Shown here piece after piece: positions 1 to 8,786 of a stretch of 32,000 nucleotides of DNA; the stretch's first letter is position 1; the number at the start of each line of letters is the position of its first letter. The notes below the pieces were generated by a model. It was given only the letters and a program-made list of their open reading frames with translations. It was not told the origin of the DNA and did no database searches. Location: positions 30,001-62,000 of the forward strand of contig JAQVDW010000009.1 of the NCBI GenBank assembly GCA_028698185.1, given 5' to 3'. The position numbers were made by a program, and so were the translations under genes. This DNA comes from Erysipelotrichaceae bacterium (GTDB lineage Bacteria > Bacillota_I > Bacilli_A > Erysipelotrichales > Coprobacillaceae).

Positions 1-355
1 GTATCGTCTGATGGATTACAATAAGACCGACGCTGTTGACGAGGCTTTCGTTAAACGAGATCTTCCGCGTCTTGATATAGCTGTGGATTAAAAAGACATC
101 GATCATGAACAGCCAGACATAGATGAACTGGGAATTGGCATAAATTATCGAATAGTAGAAGCCAACTGCCAGGGCGTACCAGTACTGGTAGCGTAACTTA
201 AGAGCATTGACGACATAAAGGAAGCTCAGGATTCCGATGCTGGAAACAAATTCATAACTGCCTCTTATCTTGTAGGGGGTCAGATAAGTTATGGTCGAAT
301 CGATGATGAAAGCCAAAGCGAGAAAAAGGCTCAGCTTGATTATCTTCGTTCTCAT
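1..355 (-). CDS. mreD: rod shape-determining protein MreD (3' end runs off the left edge)
   Basis: Hand translation of the minus strand from ATG 355..353 gives MRTKIIKLSLFLALAFIIDSTITYLTPYKIRGSYEFVSSIGILSFLYVVNALKLRYQYWYALAVGFYYSIIYANSQFIYVWLFMIDVFLIH..., open to position 1. It is a polytopic hydrophobic protein starting 3 nt after the mreC stop, the canonical mreD position. It is missing from the ORF track because the window truncates it. Confidence 0.6.
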   Translation of the reverse strand, partial: MRTKIIKLSLFLALAFIIDSTITYLTPYKIRGSYEFVSSIGILSFLYVVNALKLRYQYWYALAVGFYYSIIYANSQFIYVWLFMIDVFLIHSYIKTRKISFNESLVNSVGLIVIHQTI

Positions 356-358
356 AAA

Positions 359-1216
359 TCAGGCCTGCTGGACAACCGAGATGTATTCAAGGTCATTCAT
401 ATCGGCCGCGATTTTCACAAGCAGATACTTCTTGGTGTTGTCCCCATAATCGTGAAGCTTGACACTGGTCCCCACAAATATTCCTTTTGGCGCCTTGCCT
501 TCGCCCCCTAGACCCGATGTATAAACCTTGATATCGGGCTGGATGACCGCCACATTTGTCAGAACATTGACGATCAACGCCTCGTTTTCATCGTCGTAGC
601 CCTCGATAAGCCCGAAGCAAGTCGTCCCGTCTTCAACAGTGAACATGACCGGGATGTCGTTGAGATAATTGCCGGATGTCAGCAGCATAACATTGGAAGT
701 GATCGGCGTGGTCGAAGTGATCACCCCGATCATCCCCTTGTTGTTGACAACGACCATGTTTTTGGTCAGACCGTTATTTTCGCCACCATTGATTGTGACT
801 TCGTCATCCCATTTGTCGAATGATCTGGTGACCAGGGAGAATGCCTTTACCTGATATTCGCTGGGAAGGTTCTCGATATTGAGCTGCTTTTTTAATTCAT
901 TGAGCTCATTGGAAAGCACGTCGGTGTTCGCCTCCACCGATGCGTATGAGTTCAACTTCTCCTGCAGGAGCCTGTTTTCATTATAAACCGAACGGATTGC
1001 GTTAACCTCGCTGATGGCGTCGGTGACCATCGATATCGGCTTTTTCACCACATAGTATTCGATCGACGCCACCGTGTCATGGAAAATCGATTCGAAATAA
1101 GACCTTGTCCGACCCGACAGGGAACCCAAAGTCAAAACAGTCAGGGAGATGATGATAGCCCCGATAACAACTGTCTTAAATGTATTATTTTTCAAACTTA
1201 CCACCTCGAAAAACAT
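359..1216 (-). CDS. mreC: rod shape-determining protein MreC
   Basis: ORF 359..1258. It has an N-terminal TM anchor (TVVIGAIIISLTVLTLGSL), a coiled-coil segment (LQEKLNSY...NELNELKKQL) and a beta-rich C-terminal domain, and it lies upstream of mreD. The first ATG after the radC stop is 1216. An alternative start is TTG 1195, preceded by GAGGTG plus 6 nt, which would give MKNNTFK.... Confidence 0.8.
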   Translation of the reverse strand: MFFEVVSLKNNTFKTVVIGAIIISLTVLTLGSLSGRTRSYFESIFHDTVASIEYYVVKKPISMVTDAISEVNAIRSVYNENRLLQEKLNSYASVEANTDVLSNELNELKKQLNIENLPSEYQVKAFSLVTRSFDKWDDEVTINGGENNGLTKNMVVVNNKGMIGVITSTTPITSNVMLLTSGNYLNDIPVMFTVEDGTTCFGLIEGYDDENEALIVNVLTNVAVIQPDIKVYTSGLGGEGKAPKGIFVGTSVKLHDYGDNTKKYLLVKIAADMNDLEYISVVQQA

Positions 1217-1244
1217 TATACAAACAAAAGAGTTCAAATGCAAT

Positions 1245-1922
1245 TCAATTTGTCGCAATCAAATCATCGGTGAAAACACTGTAGAAGCAATTTTCCCCGA
1301 AGATCAGGTGGTCAACCAACTCGAGGTCCAAAGCCGCAGCTTGCTTCTTGAGATTCTCGGTCGCATTGATATCCTCTAGCGAGGGTTGCGGATCACCGCT
1401 GGGGTGGTTGTGGATGACCATGAACCTGGTGGTGCAAGAGGACAGGACAACCTTGAGGATTTCCTTGATTGAAAAAATCGAGCTGTCGCTCGTGCCAATA
1501 TGGACGAGATGTTCCTTGATAAGCTGGAGATTCGACCCCAGACAAAGGACAATGACCTTCTCCTGCTGCTCGAACTGCAGCCTTCCACCTAGATACCGGT
1601 AGGCCGCCTGGGGCGAATCGATAATCTGCCGGCTTTTCTTGTTGTCCCCAAGAAGCCTTTTGGAAAGCTCGATGGTCGCCATGATCTCCGTGGCCTTGAC
1701 ATCGCCGATCCCCTTGATTGTTTTTAGCTGCTCCTTGGTCAAGTCTGCCAGACCGCCGACACCCCCGGACCTTTTAAGCAGGGTTCCCGCAAGCTCGAGC
1801 ACATTGCACTCCTTTGTCCCGGTCCGCAAGATCACTGCGAGCAGTTCCTGATTTGACAAAATGGCGACCCCGCGACGACTTGCTTTCTCGCGGGGCCGGT
1901 CATTTACAGGCCATTGGTCCAT
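1245..1922 (-). CDS. radC: RadC/JAMM-family DNA repair protein
   Basis: N-terminal PVNDRPREK...LSNQELLAVILRTGTK, a helix-hairpin-helix segment (LKTIKGIGDVKA) and the JAMM motif HNHPSGDPQPS. Starting at ATG 1922 gives 225 aa, a typical RadC length. This ATG lies 2 nt after the stop of the upstream 54-aa ORF. Confidence 0.85.
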   Translation of the reverse strand: MDQWPVNDRPREKASRRGVAILSNQELLAVILRTGTKECNVLELAGTLLKRSGGVGGLADLTKEQLKTIKGIGDVKATEIMATIELSKRLLGDNKKSRQIIDSPQAAYRYLGGRLQFEQQEKVIVLCLGSNLQLIKEHLVHIGTSDSSIFSIKEILKVVLSSCTTRFMVIHNHPSGDPQPSLEDINATENLKKQAAALDLELVDHLIFGENCFYSVFTDDLIATN

Positions 1923-1924
1923 GA

Positions 1925-2089
1925 TCAGCGTGACCATTCCAGGGAAATGAACCACGGAATCGATATTTTTCCCTTGGTGCTGGTTATTATCTTGTACACT
2001 CCCGCCGATACGACGATGCAAACAAGAACGGTTCCCACTCCAAATTCACCGACAATCAAATCCTGTTGTTTTTCTGTTAATTCGTGCAT
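1925..2089 (-). CDS. unlisted 54-aa single-pass membrane ORF
   Basis: Sequence MHELTEKQQDLIVGEFGVGTVLVCIVVSAGVYKIITSTKGKISIPWFISLEWSR. ATG 2089..2087 is preceded by AGAGGAGGA with a 5-nt spacer. There is one hydrophobic span of about 20 aa. The TGA stop (1927..1925) lies 2 nt before the radC ATG. The track shows it only as part of a longer 79-aa ORF, 1925..2164. Confidence 0.5.
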   Translation of the reverse strand: MHELTEKQQDLIVGEFGVGTVLVCIVVSAGVYKIITSTKGKISIPWFISLEWSR

Positions 2090-2153
2090 AATATCCTCCT
2101 CTTTATCTCTCATGAATATATGCAAGGCAACTGCAGTCATTGCTTCAATTAAG

Positions 2154-2206
2154 AAAAAAAACAAATCCGTGATGGAAAAGCACCCGTCGCCAGGACATGG
2201 GTGCTT
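2154..2206 (-). terminator. possible valS terminator (non-canonical)
   Basis: On the minus strand, AAGCACCC-N13-GGGTGCTT (2178..2206) begins 10 nt after the valS stop. The T8 run (2154..2161) lies 16 nt further downstream rather than abutting the stem. Confidence 0.35.
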
Positions 2207-2215
2207 GGTAGAATA

Positions 2216-4834
2216 TTAGTATTTTTCCAGCTGCATTGTGATTGCCGCCAGTTTTGACTGATAATCAGCCAATTTGGATTTTTCTTCCTCTATTTTGGCA
2301 GCAGGCGCTTTTGAAAGGAACCTTTCGTTTGCGAGCATCTTTTCACAGCGGCTGATCTCGTCCGCCATTTTCTTGGCTTGACCTTCCAGCTTGGCTTTTT
2401 CTGCCGCCTTGTCGACATAAGCTCCAAGCTCGACAACAATCGCTTGTCCGCCTTTGATAGTCACGACAGCAACGTCATCGCTGTAAGGCTCATTGACACC
2501 GACGCAAACCGAGTTGGTCAGTTTCTTGATATACAGTTCGACGCTTTTCAACAAGTCGAGTATGCTCTTGTCATTTCCTTCAATCAGGTAGCTGACCTCG
2601 ATACTGTTTTTGATATTGTAGTTGGCCCGGATGTCACGGATCCCTTTGACAATGTCGATCACGTAAGCGAACTTGTCGTTTACCGACTCGTCAGAGAAAT
2701 CAGAGTTCACCTCAGGATAAGCCGCGATAGTGATTGATTCCTTGAGGTGAGGCAGGGCCTGGTAAATCTCCTCGGTCATGAACGGCATGAATGGGTGGAG
2801 CAACCGGACAATCGCATTCATCACATAAACCAGAGTGTTGCGCGTTGCGGTTTTTTCGGCTTCATTGTCGCTGTTGAGGTGGGCTTTGGCAAGCTCGATG
2901 TACCATGAGCAGTAGTCATCCCAGATGAACTGGTGCAATGTCGAACCGACAACGACAAACTCGAATTTTTCCATATTGGCGTTGACTTCCTCAATCACCT
3001 CGTTCAAACGATTCAGGATCCATCTGTCGCACAGGTTCAGGTTGGTGAAAGTCAGGTCCCCGTATTGGAGGTTCTCGTCAATATTCATCAATACAAAGCG
3101 GGCCGAGTTCCATATTTTGTTGATGAAGTTCCATGAAGCTTCCAGCTTTTCTGGAATGAAGCGCAAGTCCATCCCCGGAGCCGAGTTGGTAGTCAGGAAA
3201 TACCGCAACGTATCCGCCCCATACTGCTCGATGACATCCATTGGATCGATTCCGTTGCCAAGCGATTTCGACATCTTGACTCCGTTGGCATCACGAATCA
3301 ATCCGTGGATCAACACATCATTGAATGGTCTATTGTCTGTGAAGTTAAGCGATTGGAAGATCATCCGGCTGACCCAGAAGAAAATGATGTCATATCCGGT
3401 AACCAGAGTGTTGGTCGGGAAGTAGCGTTGGAACAGCTGTGCATTTTCATCAGGCCATCCCAAAGTTGAAAACGGCCACAGCGCCGATGAGAACCAGGTA
3501 TCTAGCACGTCTTCATCCTGGATATAGTTCTCGATATCCAACGGAGCCTCTTTGGCAACGACAACTTCACCGGTTTCCTTATGATACCAGGCCGGGATGC
3601 GGTGTCCCCACCACAGCTGACGGGAAATGCACCAGTCCTCGATGTTTTCCATCCAGTTGTTGAATGTCTTCTCAAACCGTTCTGGAACGAAGTTAACTTT
3701 CCCTTCACTCTCCTGGTTTTTCAACGCTTCCTTGGCCAATGGTTCCATCTTGACGAACCATTGTTTTGAAAGATAAGGCTCGACAATGGCGTCGGATCTT
3801 TCCGAGTGACCGACCTGGTGGACGATCGGTTCGATATGGTCGACAACACCGGCAGCCTCGAAATCTCCAACCAGCGCCTTACGGCACTCGAAACGGTCCA
3901 TTCCCTGATATTTGTGAGCCAGTTCATTCATCGTCCCATCAGGGTTCATGCAGATCGGCATCGCCAGATCATGCTTTTTCCCCAGGACGAAGTCGTTAGG
4001 GTCATGGGCCGGCGTACATTTCATGACCGCCGTTCCAAAGTCCATGTCGATGTAGTCATCAGCCAGGATCGGCAATGCTTCACCATTGGCCGGGTTGATC
4101 GCCGTCTTACCGATGATGTCCTGATAGCGGGCATCGTCAGGATGGACGAAGATTGCCGTATCCCCGAACATCGTTTCCGGACGGGTTGTGGCAATGACCA
4201 GCTGGCGGTCACTGTCTTCTAGCTTGTATTTGAAGTAGTACATCGCTCCGTTGACTTCCTTGTGGATTACCTCGACGTTGGAAAGAGCGGTTTTTTGTAC
4301 CGGATCCCAGTTGATAATCCGTTCACCACGGTAAAGCAGTTTCTGTTCGTACAATTTGACGAAGACTTCCTTTACCGCCTCAGAAAGGCCGTCATCAAGA
4401 GTGAAGCGTTCCTTCGAATAGTCAAGGGAAAGTCCAAGCTTCGCCCATTGCTGGCGGATGATGCTCGCGTATTCCTCTTTCCACTCCCAGGTCTTTTCCA
4501 GGAATTTTTCACGTCCCAGGTCGTATCGGGAAATTCCCTGTTCGCGCAGCCGCGCTTCAACCTTGGCCTGGGTCGCTATCCCGGCATGGTCCATCCCCGG
4601 AAGCCACAAGGCATCGAAACCCTGCATCCTTTTGTGGCGGATGATCATATCCTGGAGTGTCGTGTCCCAGGCATGGCCCAGGTGCAGTTTCCCGGTAACG
4701 TTTGGTGGCGGTATTACAATCGAGTACGGCTTTTTGCTCGGGTCACCCGCCTCGAAATATTTTTTGTCAAGCCAGTGCTGGTATTTGCCTTCCTCAACCT
4801 GGCGATGGTCGTATTTAGTTGCTAGTTCCTTCAT
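2216..4834 (-). CDS. valS: valine--tRNA ligase
   Basis: 872 aa. HIGH-type motif [18 protein letters not shown] motif VKMSKSLGN, and the C-terminal coiled coil typical of ValRS. RBS AAGGAGG lies 6 nt upstream of the ATG. Confidence 0.97.
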   Translation of the reverse strand: MKELATKYDHRQVEEGKYQHWLDKKYFEAGDPSKKPYSIVIPPPNVTGKLHLGHAWDTTLQDMIIRHKRMQGFDALWLPGMDHAGIATQAKVEARLREQGISRYDLGREKFLEKTWEWKEEYASIIRQQWAKLGLSLDYSKERFTLDDGLSEAVKEVFVKLYEQKLLYRGERIINWDPVQKTALSNVEVIHKEVNGAMYYFKYKLEDSDRQLVIATTRPETMFGDTAIFVHPDDARYQDIIGKTAINPANGEALPILADDYIDMDFGTAVMKCTPAHDPNDFVLGKKHDLAMPICMNPDGTMNELAHKYQGMDRFECRKALVGDFEAAGVVDHIEPIVHQVGHSERSDAIVEPYLSKQWFVKMEPLAKEALKNQESEGKVNFVPERFEKTFNNWMENIEDWCISRQLWWGHRIPAWYHKETGEVVVAKEAPLDIENYIQDEDVLDTWFSSALWPFSTLGWPDENAQLFQRYFPTNTLVTGYDIIFFWVSRMIFQSLNFTDNRPFNDVLIHGLIRDANGVKMSKSLGNGIDPMDVIEQYGADTLRYFLTTNSAPGMDLRFIPEKLEASWNFINKIWNSARFVLMNIDENLQYGDLTFTNLNLCDRWILNRLNEVIEEVNANMEKFEFVVVGSTLHQFIWDDYCSWYIELAKAHLNSDNEAEKTATRNTLVYVMNAIVRLLHPFMPFMTEEIYQALPHLKESITIAAYPEVNSDFSDESVNDKFAYVIDIVKGIRDIRANYNIKNSIEVSYLIEGNDKSILDLLKSVELYIKKLTNSVCVGVNEPYSDDVAVVTIKGGQAIVVELGAYVDKAAEKAKLEGQAKKMADEISRCEKMLANERFLSKAPAAKIEEEKSKLADYQSKLAAITMQLEKY

Positions 4835-5471
4835 TTGTATCCTCCTTACTGTCGCAAAACAGGGTAGCGTTTTCTAAAATGTAGTTGTCGATTGCCCTGA
4901 TAAAAGATTCCTGGCGCACCAATGCCATGATTTCTTCCTTGAAGTCGGTGAGATTGAATGAAGGATATTGACCTTCAGTGTTTTCCACTTCGATTTCACC
5001 GATTGAGAAACGGTAGTATTCAACCGCTTCCTTGAGGCATTCCTTGATTTCATGGGTATTGATGGCATCGAACAGCTCATAAAGATCCTCAAGGTAGCTT
5101 GCCCCGTCGGAATCCATGAATTTTTCAATGGTACCTTTGTTTGCCAATTCCCGCTCCAAAAGATAGACACCGTAGATTTTACGTTGTGGTTTGGTCAGGT
5201 ACTCATAAAATGACATTTGCGGTTCTTCTATTTCATAATATTCATCCTCTTTTGCCATCAAGTGATACAAGATCACATGGGTCTGGTGACCGTTGAGGGC
5301 GTTTTTAAGCGCAAAATAGTCCAAATGGCGGTACTTGTCCTTGTTTTGCTCGATCGTATCCATAGCGTTCTGGCGCATTTTCTTGGCCTTGTTGAGTTTG
5401 CTAAGATAGATGTAGATAACTCCGATAGTAAGCACCAGTGTAATTCCTAAAAATAAAATGTCCTGTGTCAT
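4815..5471 (-). CDS. hypothetical N-terminally membrane-anchored acidic protein, first gene of the T-box-controlled valS operon
   Basis: ATG 5471..5469 is preceded by AAGGAGG plus 5 nt. The sequence starts [23 protein letters not shown] (TM anchor) and continues into an acidic soluble domain of about 190 aa. I recognise no family. Its last 20 nt overlap the valS start and contain the valS RBS. Confidence 0.65.
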   Translation of the reverse strand: MTQDILFLGITLVLTIGVIYIYLSKLNKAKKMRQNAMDTIEQNKDKYRHLDYFALKNALNGHQTHVILYHLMAKEDEYYEIEEPQMSFYEYLTKPQRKIYGVYLLERELANKGTIEKFMDSDGASYLEDLYELFDAINTHEIKECLKEAVEYYRFSIGEIEVENTEGQYPSFNLTDFKEEIMALVRQESFIRAIDNYILENATLFCDSKEDTNEGTSN

Positions 5472-5492
5472 AATTTCCTCCTTGAAATGCAC

Positions 5493-5706
5493 AAAAAAAG
5501 ACCATCCCTAAGGACGATCTTATCGCGGTACCACCTTAATTCTTATCTGATCGATAAGCACTCGATTCCTTAACGCGGAAAACGTGTCAGCTTACTATCA
5601 GTTCAGCTGCCAAGCTCATTGGCTACCTTCATAAAGCCCCAATCCCCTTTTTCACCAGCCAAGAGGTCTCTAAAAATGCCGCTTTACTACTCCTCCAAAT
5701 CATTGC
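5493..5706 (-). promoter_or_regulatory. T-box riboswitch leader, Val (GUA) specifier
   Basis: All elements read on the minus strand. T-box motif AATTAAGGTGGTACCGCG (5524..5541). Terminator AAGATCGTCC-TTAG-GGATGGTCTT plus T7 (5493..5521). Stem I carries ATGA/TGAG K-turn elements, GAGTAG (S-turn), the AGAGA bulge (5667..5671) and a GGTGAAAAA distal loop. The helix TAAAGC/GCTTTA is followed by specifier loop TGAAGGTAG and then helix CCAA/TTGG. This places GUA (5626..5624) plus a purine directly above the lower helix. Confidence 0.85.
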
Positions 5707-5712
5707 CCCATA

Positions 5713-5741
5713 ATTCTACCATTTATGATTTTAAAAAGCAA
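5713..5741 (-). promoter_or_regulatory. putative sigma-A promoter of the T-box/valS operon
   Basis: Minus strand TTGCTT (5741..5736), 17 nt, TGgTAGAAT (-10 at 5718..5713, extended TGn). Confidence 0.45.
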
Positions 5742-5744
5742 CCG

Positions 5745-6344
5745 CTAGTCAAAATTAACGTCACACAAATCGTAGATTGCCTGCCATGCCTGGTCGATTC
5801 CGGTCTTGGCGAACGAAGAGAACCGGATGAACTTGTCGCTTTCATCGAATCCCAGTTTTTCCTTGATCCGTTTTTCGAACTTCTTGAGCTCGTTGCGCTT
5901 GAGCTTGTCCTCTTTGGTCGCCACAACGATCACCGGCAGCTTGTAATACTTCACATATTCGTACATCTGGATATCGTCAGCCGTTGGCGTATGTCGGTAA
6001 TCCAGGATCAGGACCAGGCCTTTTAGGGTCTGGCGTTTTGTGATGTAGGTGTCGATCATCGCCCCGAACGATTTTTGGATGTGCTCAGGAACCTTGGCAT
6101 AGCCATAACCTGGAACATCGACGAAACGGAGCTGGTCGTTGACATTGTAAAAGTTCAAAGTTCGCGTCTTTCCCGGGTTGGACGACACTTTTGCCAACCC
6201 CTTGCGGTTTAGCATCGTGTTGATGAATGACGACTTCCCGACATTAGACCTTCCCGCCAGACAAATTTCCGGCACTGATTCCTCAGGCCATTGCGACTCC
6301 CAGGCCGCCGATAACATATATTCTGATTTAGTAATTTTTGCCAT
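5745..6344 (-). CDS. engB: ribosome biogenesis GTPase YsxC/EngB
   Basis: G1 motif GRSNVGKSSFIN, DVPGYG (G3) and ATKEDK (G4-like). It lies downstream of lon, as in B. subtilis. Confidence 0.9.
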   Translation of the reverse strand: MAKITKSEYMLSAAWESQWPEESVPEICLAGRSNVGKSSFINTMLNRKGLAKVSSNPGKTRTLNFYNVNDQLRFVDVPGYGYAKVPEHIQKSFGAMIDTYITKRQTLKGLVLILDYRHTPTADDIQMYEYVKYYKLPVIVVATKEDKLKRNELKKFEKRIKEKLGFDESDKFIRFSSFAKTGIDQAWQAIYDLCDVNFD

Positions 6345-6365
6345 AATACCACACTTTCTAAATCA

Positions 6366-6393
6366 AGTATAACAAAAGAATTCCAAAAGACAA
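6366..6393 (-). promoter_or_regulatory. putative engB promoter
   Basis: Minus strand TTGTCT (6393..6388), 16 nt, TGtTATACT (-10 at 6371..6366). It sits immediately after the lon terminator. Confidence 0.45.
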
Positions 6394-6421
6394 GAAAAAA
6401 ATCACTGCATGAAGCAGTGAT
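6394..6421 (-). terminator. intrinsic terminator of lon
   Basis: Minus strand ATCACTGC-TTCAT-GCAGTGAT followed by T7. The stem overlaps the lon TAA stop by 1 nt. Confidence 0.8.
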
Positions 6422-8739
6422 TACAGAAACGCGTGTTTGAATACGTCATCCATATGTTCGGCAAGGACGATTTCAATTTCGTTGCGCACTTCATTTGGAA
6501 TGTCTTCGATATCCTTCTCGTTTTGAAGCGGAATGATGATCTTCTTGATTCCTGAGCGGTGAGCCGAAATGGCTTTTTCCTTGAGTCCGCCGATCGGCAG
6601 GACATTGCCTCGCAATGTGACTTCACCGGTCATCGCGATATCGTTGCGGACCAGCTTGTTGGCAAAGGCCGAATAGATTGCAGTTGTCAATGTGACCCCG
6701 GCAGATGGACCGTCTTTTTTAACCGCACCTTCAGGCACGTGGATATGGATGTCGAACTTGTCGAACTCCGTATTTTCCAGACCGTACTTTTGGGCATTGG
6801 CTTTCAGGTAGTCAAGCGCGATTGAAGCCGATTCCTTCATGACATCACCAAGTTGACCGGTGATGATGAATTTTCCAGCACCCTTGAAATGGTTGACCTC
6901 GATTGGCAGGATGTCGCCCCCAAATTGAGTCCAAGCCAGGCCGGTAACCACACCCACAGTAGGCTCTTTTTGCTTCTTGGTATGGGTATATGGCGCTTTC
7001 GACAAAATCTTTTCCAGATTGTCCTTTTCAACCACAAATGTCTCTTTTCCCTTTTTGAGGATTTCCAATACGGCCTTGCGGCAGACTTTGGCAATCAGAC
7101 GTTCCAGATTCCGGACCCCGGCTTCGCGGGTGTAATGACGGATGATTTCCATTATCGCACCATCGCTGATATTCAGCTGTTCGGCTTTCAATCCATGGAG
7201 TTTGGACTGTTTAGGGATAAGGTTGTTTTTGGCAATCATCAGTTTTTCCTGCTCGGTGTAGCTCGAAAGTTCGATTATTTCCAAACGGTCAAGCAGTGGC
7301 GCCGGGATTGATCCCAGGTCATTGGCAGTGGCGATGAACAGGACCTTTGACAGGTCATATGGCTCTTCAAGGTAGTTGTCAGAGAAGAAGCTGTTTTGTT
7401 CCGGGTCGAGAACTTCAAGCATGGCGCTGGTCGGATCACCTTTGTAATCGCTGGCCATCTTGTCGATTTCATCAAGCAGGAAGACCGGATTGACTACGCC
7501 TGCTTTTTTCATCGATTGAATGATTCTTCCTGGCATTGATCCCAGGTAGGTTCTCCGGTGACCGCGGATTTCCGCTTCGTCACGGACCCCACCAAGGCTG
7601 GCTTTGACAAATTCGCGGCCAAGAGCACGGGCAATCGATTTCGACAATGAAGTTTTCCCGACACCCGGCGGCCCGGCCAGACAGATGATCGGCGCTTTAA
7701 GCGATTTGGTCATCTGTTTTACAGCCAGATGTTCAACTATTCTTTCCTTGACTTTTTCCAGACCGTAATGATCTTCATCAAGCACGACTTGGACATGGTT
7801 GATGTCCTCGATATCGGCTGTTTCTTCGAACCAAGGTATTTTCATCATCCAGTCGATGTATGTTCGCACCACATTCGCTTCCGAGCTTGCTTGGGGCATC
7901 GCTTCGAAACGGTGCAGCTCTTCAAGAATTTTCTTTTTGACATGTTCGGGATAAGGATTTTCTTCCAGCTGCTGTTTGATATAGCTGGCGTCATCTTCCT
8001 TGTCGACCGTGTCACCCAACTCTTCGCGGATCGCTTTGAGTTTTTCTCTCAGGTAGAACTCGCGTTGGTTTTCATCGACAGACTCGCGCACCTTGCGGTT
8101 GATTTCCTCTTCGATCAAAATGATCGAGCTTTCCTGTTCGACGGTCTGGGCTACCAGAAGCAATCTTTCATTGACATTCAATGTCTCCAGGATTTTTTGT
8201 TTGCGGGCAAGGGAGCAAGGCAAATACATGGCAATCGTGTCCGCCAGTTCACTTGGATGCACGCCGCTTTCAAGACGATTGATGGCAACAGTCGGCATAT
8301 GCGGCAAGTATCTTTGCGCATCCTGGAAGTATTGCGACACCTTACGCACCAGCGCAACTTCCTCGTTGAAATCACCACGCACACCTTCAACCACTTCACC
8401 TGAGGCGAAAATCGTCTCATCGGCAAATTCGTAATTGGAAACCTTGAAACGGCTAATTCCCCGAACCGTAACTCGCATCGAATCCTGGGTCGCCCGGCGG
8501 ATTTTTTTGGAAATCTTGCACAGGGTCGCCATGTAGAATACATCCTTTTCCGTCGGATTTTCAACTACCGGATCAATTTGGGAAACCATGATGACATTGT
8601 CGTCATAATTGTCGTGAGCCTGTTCAATCGCTTCTAGCGAAAGAGGGCGCCCGATATCTAAAGTCAATTTATTTTCTGGATAAACAACCATTCCGCGAGT
8701 AAAAATTACAGGGTATTTATACATTGCTTGTTCACTCAT
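6421..8739 (-). CDS. lon: ATP-dependent protease Lon (LonA type)
   Basis: 772 aa. N-terminal LON domain, Walker A GPPGVGKTS, and the protease serine motif KDGPSAGV. RBS AAGGAGG. Confidence 0.97.
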   Translation of the reverse strand: MSEQAMYKYPVIFTRGMVVYPENKLTLDIGRPLSLEAIEQAHDNYDDNVIMVSQIDPVVENPTEKDVFYMATLCKISKKIRRATQDSMRVTVRGISRFKVSNYEFADETIFASGEVVEGVRGDFNEEVALVRKVSQYFQDAQRYLPHMPTVAINRLESGVHPSELADTIAMYLPCSLARKQKILETLNVNERLLLVAQTVEQESSIILIEEEINRKVRESVDENQREFYLREKLKAIREELGDTVDKEDDASYIKQQLEENPYPEHVKKKILEELHRFEAMPQASSEANVVRTYIDWMMKIPWFEETADIEDINHVQVVLDEDHYGLEKVKERIVEHLAVKQMTKSLKAPIICLAGPPGVGKTSLSKSIARALGREFVKASLGGVRDEAEIRGHRRTYLGSMPGRIIQSMKKAGVVNPVFLLDEIDKMASDYKGDPTSAMLEVLDPEQNSFFSDNYLEEPYDLSKVLFIATANDLGSIPAPLLDRLEIIELSSYTEQEKLMIAKNNLIPKQSKLHGLKAEQLNISDGAIMEIIRHYTREAGVRNLERLIAKVCRKAVLEILKKGKETFVVEKDNLEKILSKAPYTHTKKQKEPTVGVVTGLAWTQFGGDILPIEVNHFKGAGKFIITGQLGDVMKESASIALDYLKANAQKYGLENTEFDKFDIHIHVPEGAVKKDGPSAGVTLTTAIYSAFANKLVRNDIAMTGEVTLRGNVLPIGGLKEKAISAHRSGIKKIIIPLQNEKDIEDIPNEVRNEIEIVLAEHMDDVFKHAFL

Positions 8740-8754
8740 AATTTTCCTCCTTGT

Positions 8755-8779
8755 ATAAAAAGACGCCGAAGCGTCCTTT
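8755..8779 (-). terminator. terminator/attenuator hairpin between tig and lon
   Basis: Minus-strand RNA AAAGGACGC-UUCG-GCGUCUUUU followed by UAUAC. It starts 7 nt after the tig stop and ends a few nt before the lon SD. Confidence 0.6.
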
Positions 8780-8786
8780 AATTATA

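Noticed and set aside
359-361. An alternative genetic code (TGA as Trp), as in Mollicutes-related lineages.
   Set aside because: TGA terminates several well-delimited genes (mreC, radC, uvrC, mutS2, murE, rnhC) at positions where the next gene starts within 1-3 nt. In the ValRS stretches I checked, conserved Trp positions are encoded by TGG.
1925-2089. Possible double-glycine bacteriocin leader in the 54-aa ORF (LTEKQQDLIVGE).
   Set aside because: It only partly fits the LSxxELxxIxGG consensus: GE replaces GG, and the -7/-8 positions are wrong. No ABC transporter/peptidase or immunity gene lies nearby. Tight coupling to radC argues for a housekeeping role.
4262-4825. Very long ORFs antisense to real genes: 4262..4825, 7729..8403, 19172..19777, 20072..20770, 21997..22638, 29313..29897 and 31345..31863.
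   Set aside because: Each lies entirely inside a well-supported housekeeping gene on the other strand. Their translations are low-complexity and rich in R/H/F/L/V with no recognisable motifs. None has an RBS. They are shadow frames produced by the codon bias of the sense genes.
5621-5630. An alternative reading of the T-box specifier as GGU (Gly), because GAA-GGT-A resembles the glyQS loop.
   Set aside because: Pairing TAAAGC/GCTTTA above and TTGG/CCAA below leaves the loop UGAAGGUAG. The conserved rule (codon, then one purine, then the lower helix) selects GUA-G. That matches the downstream valS.
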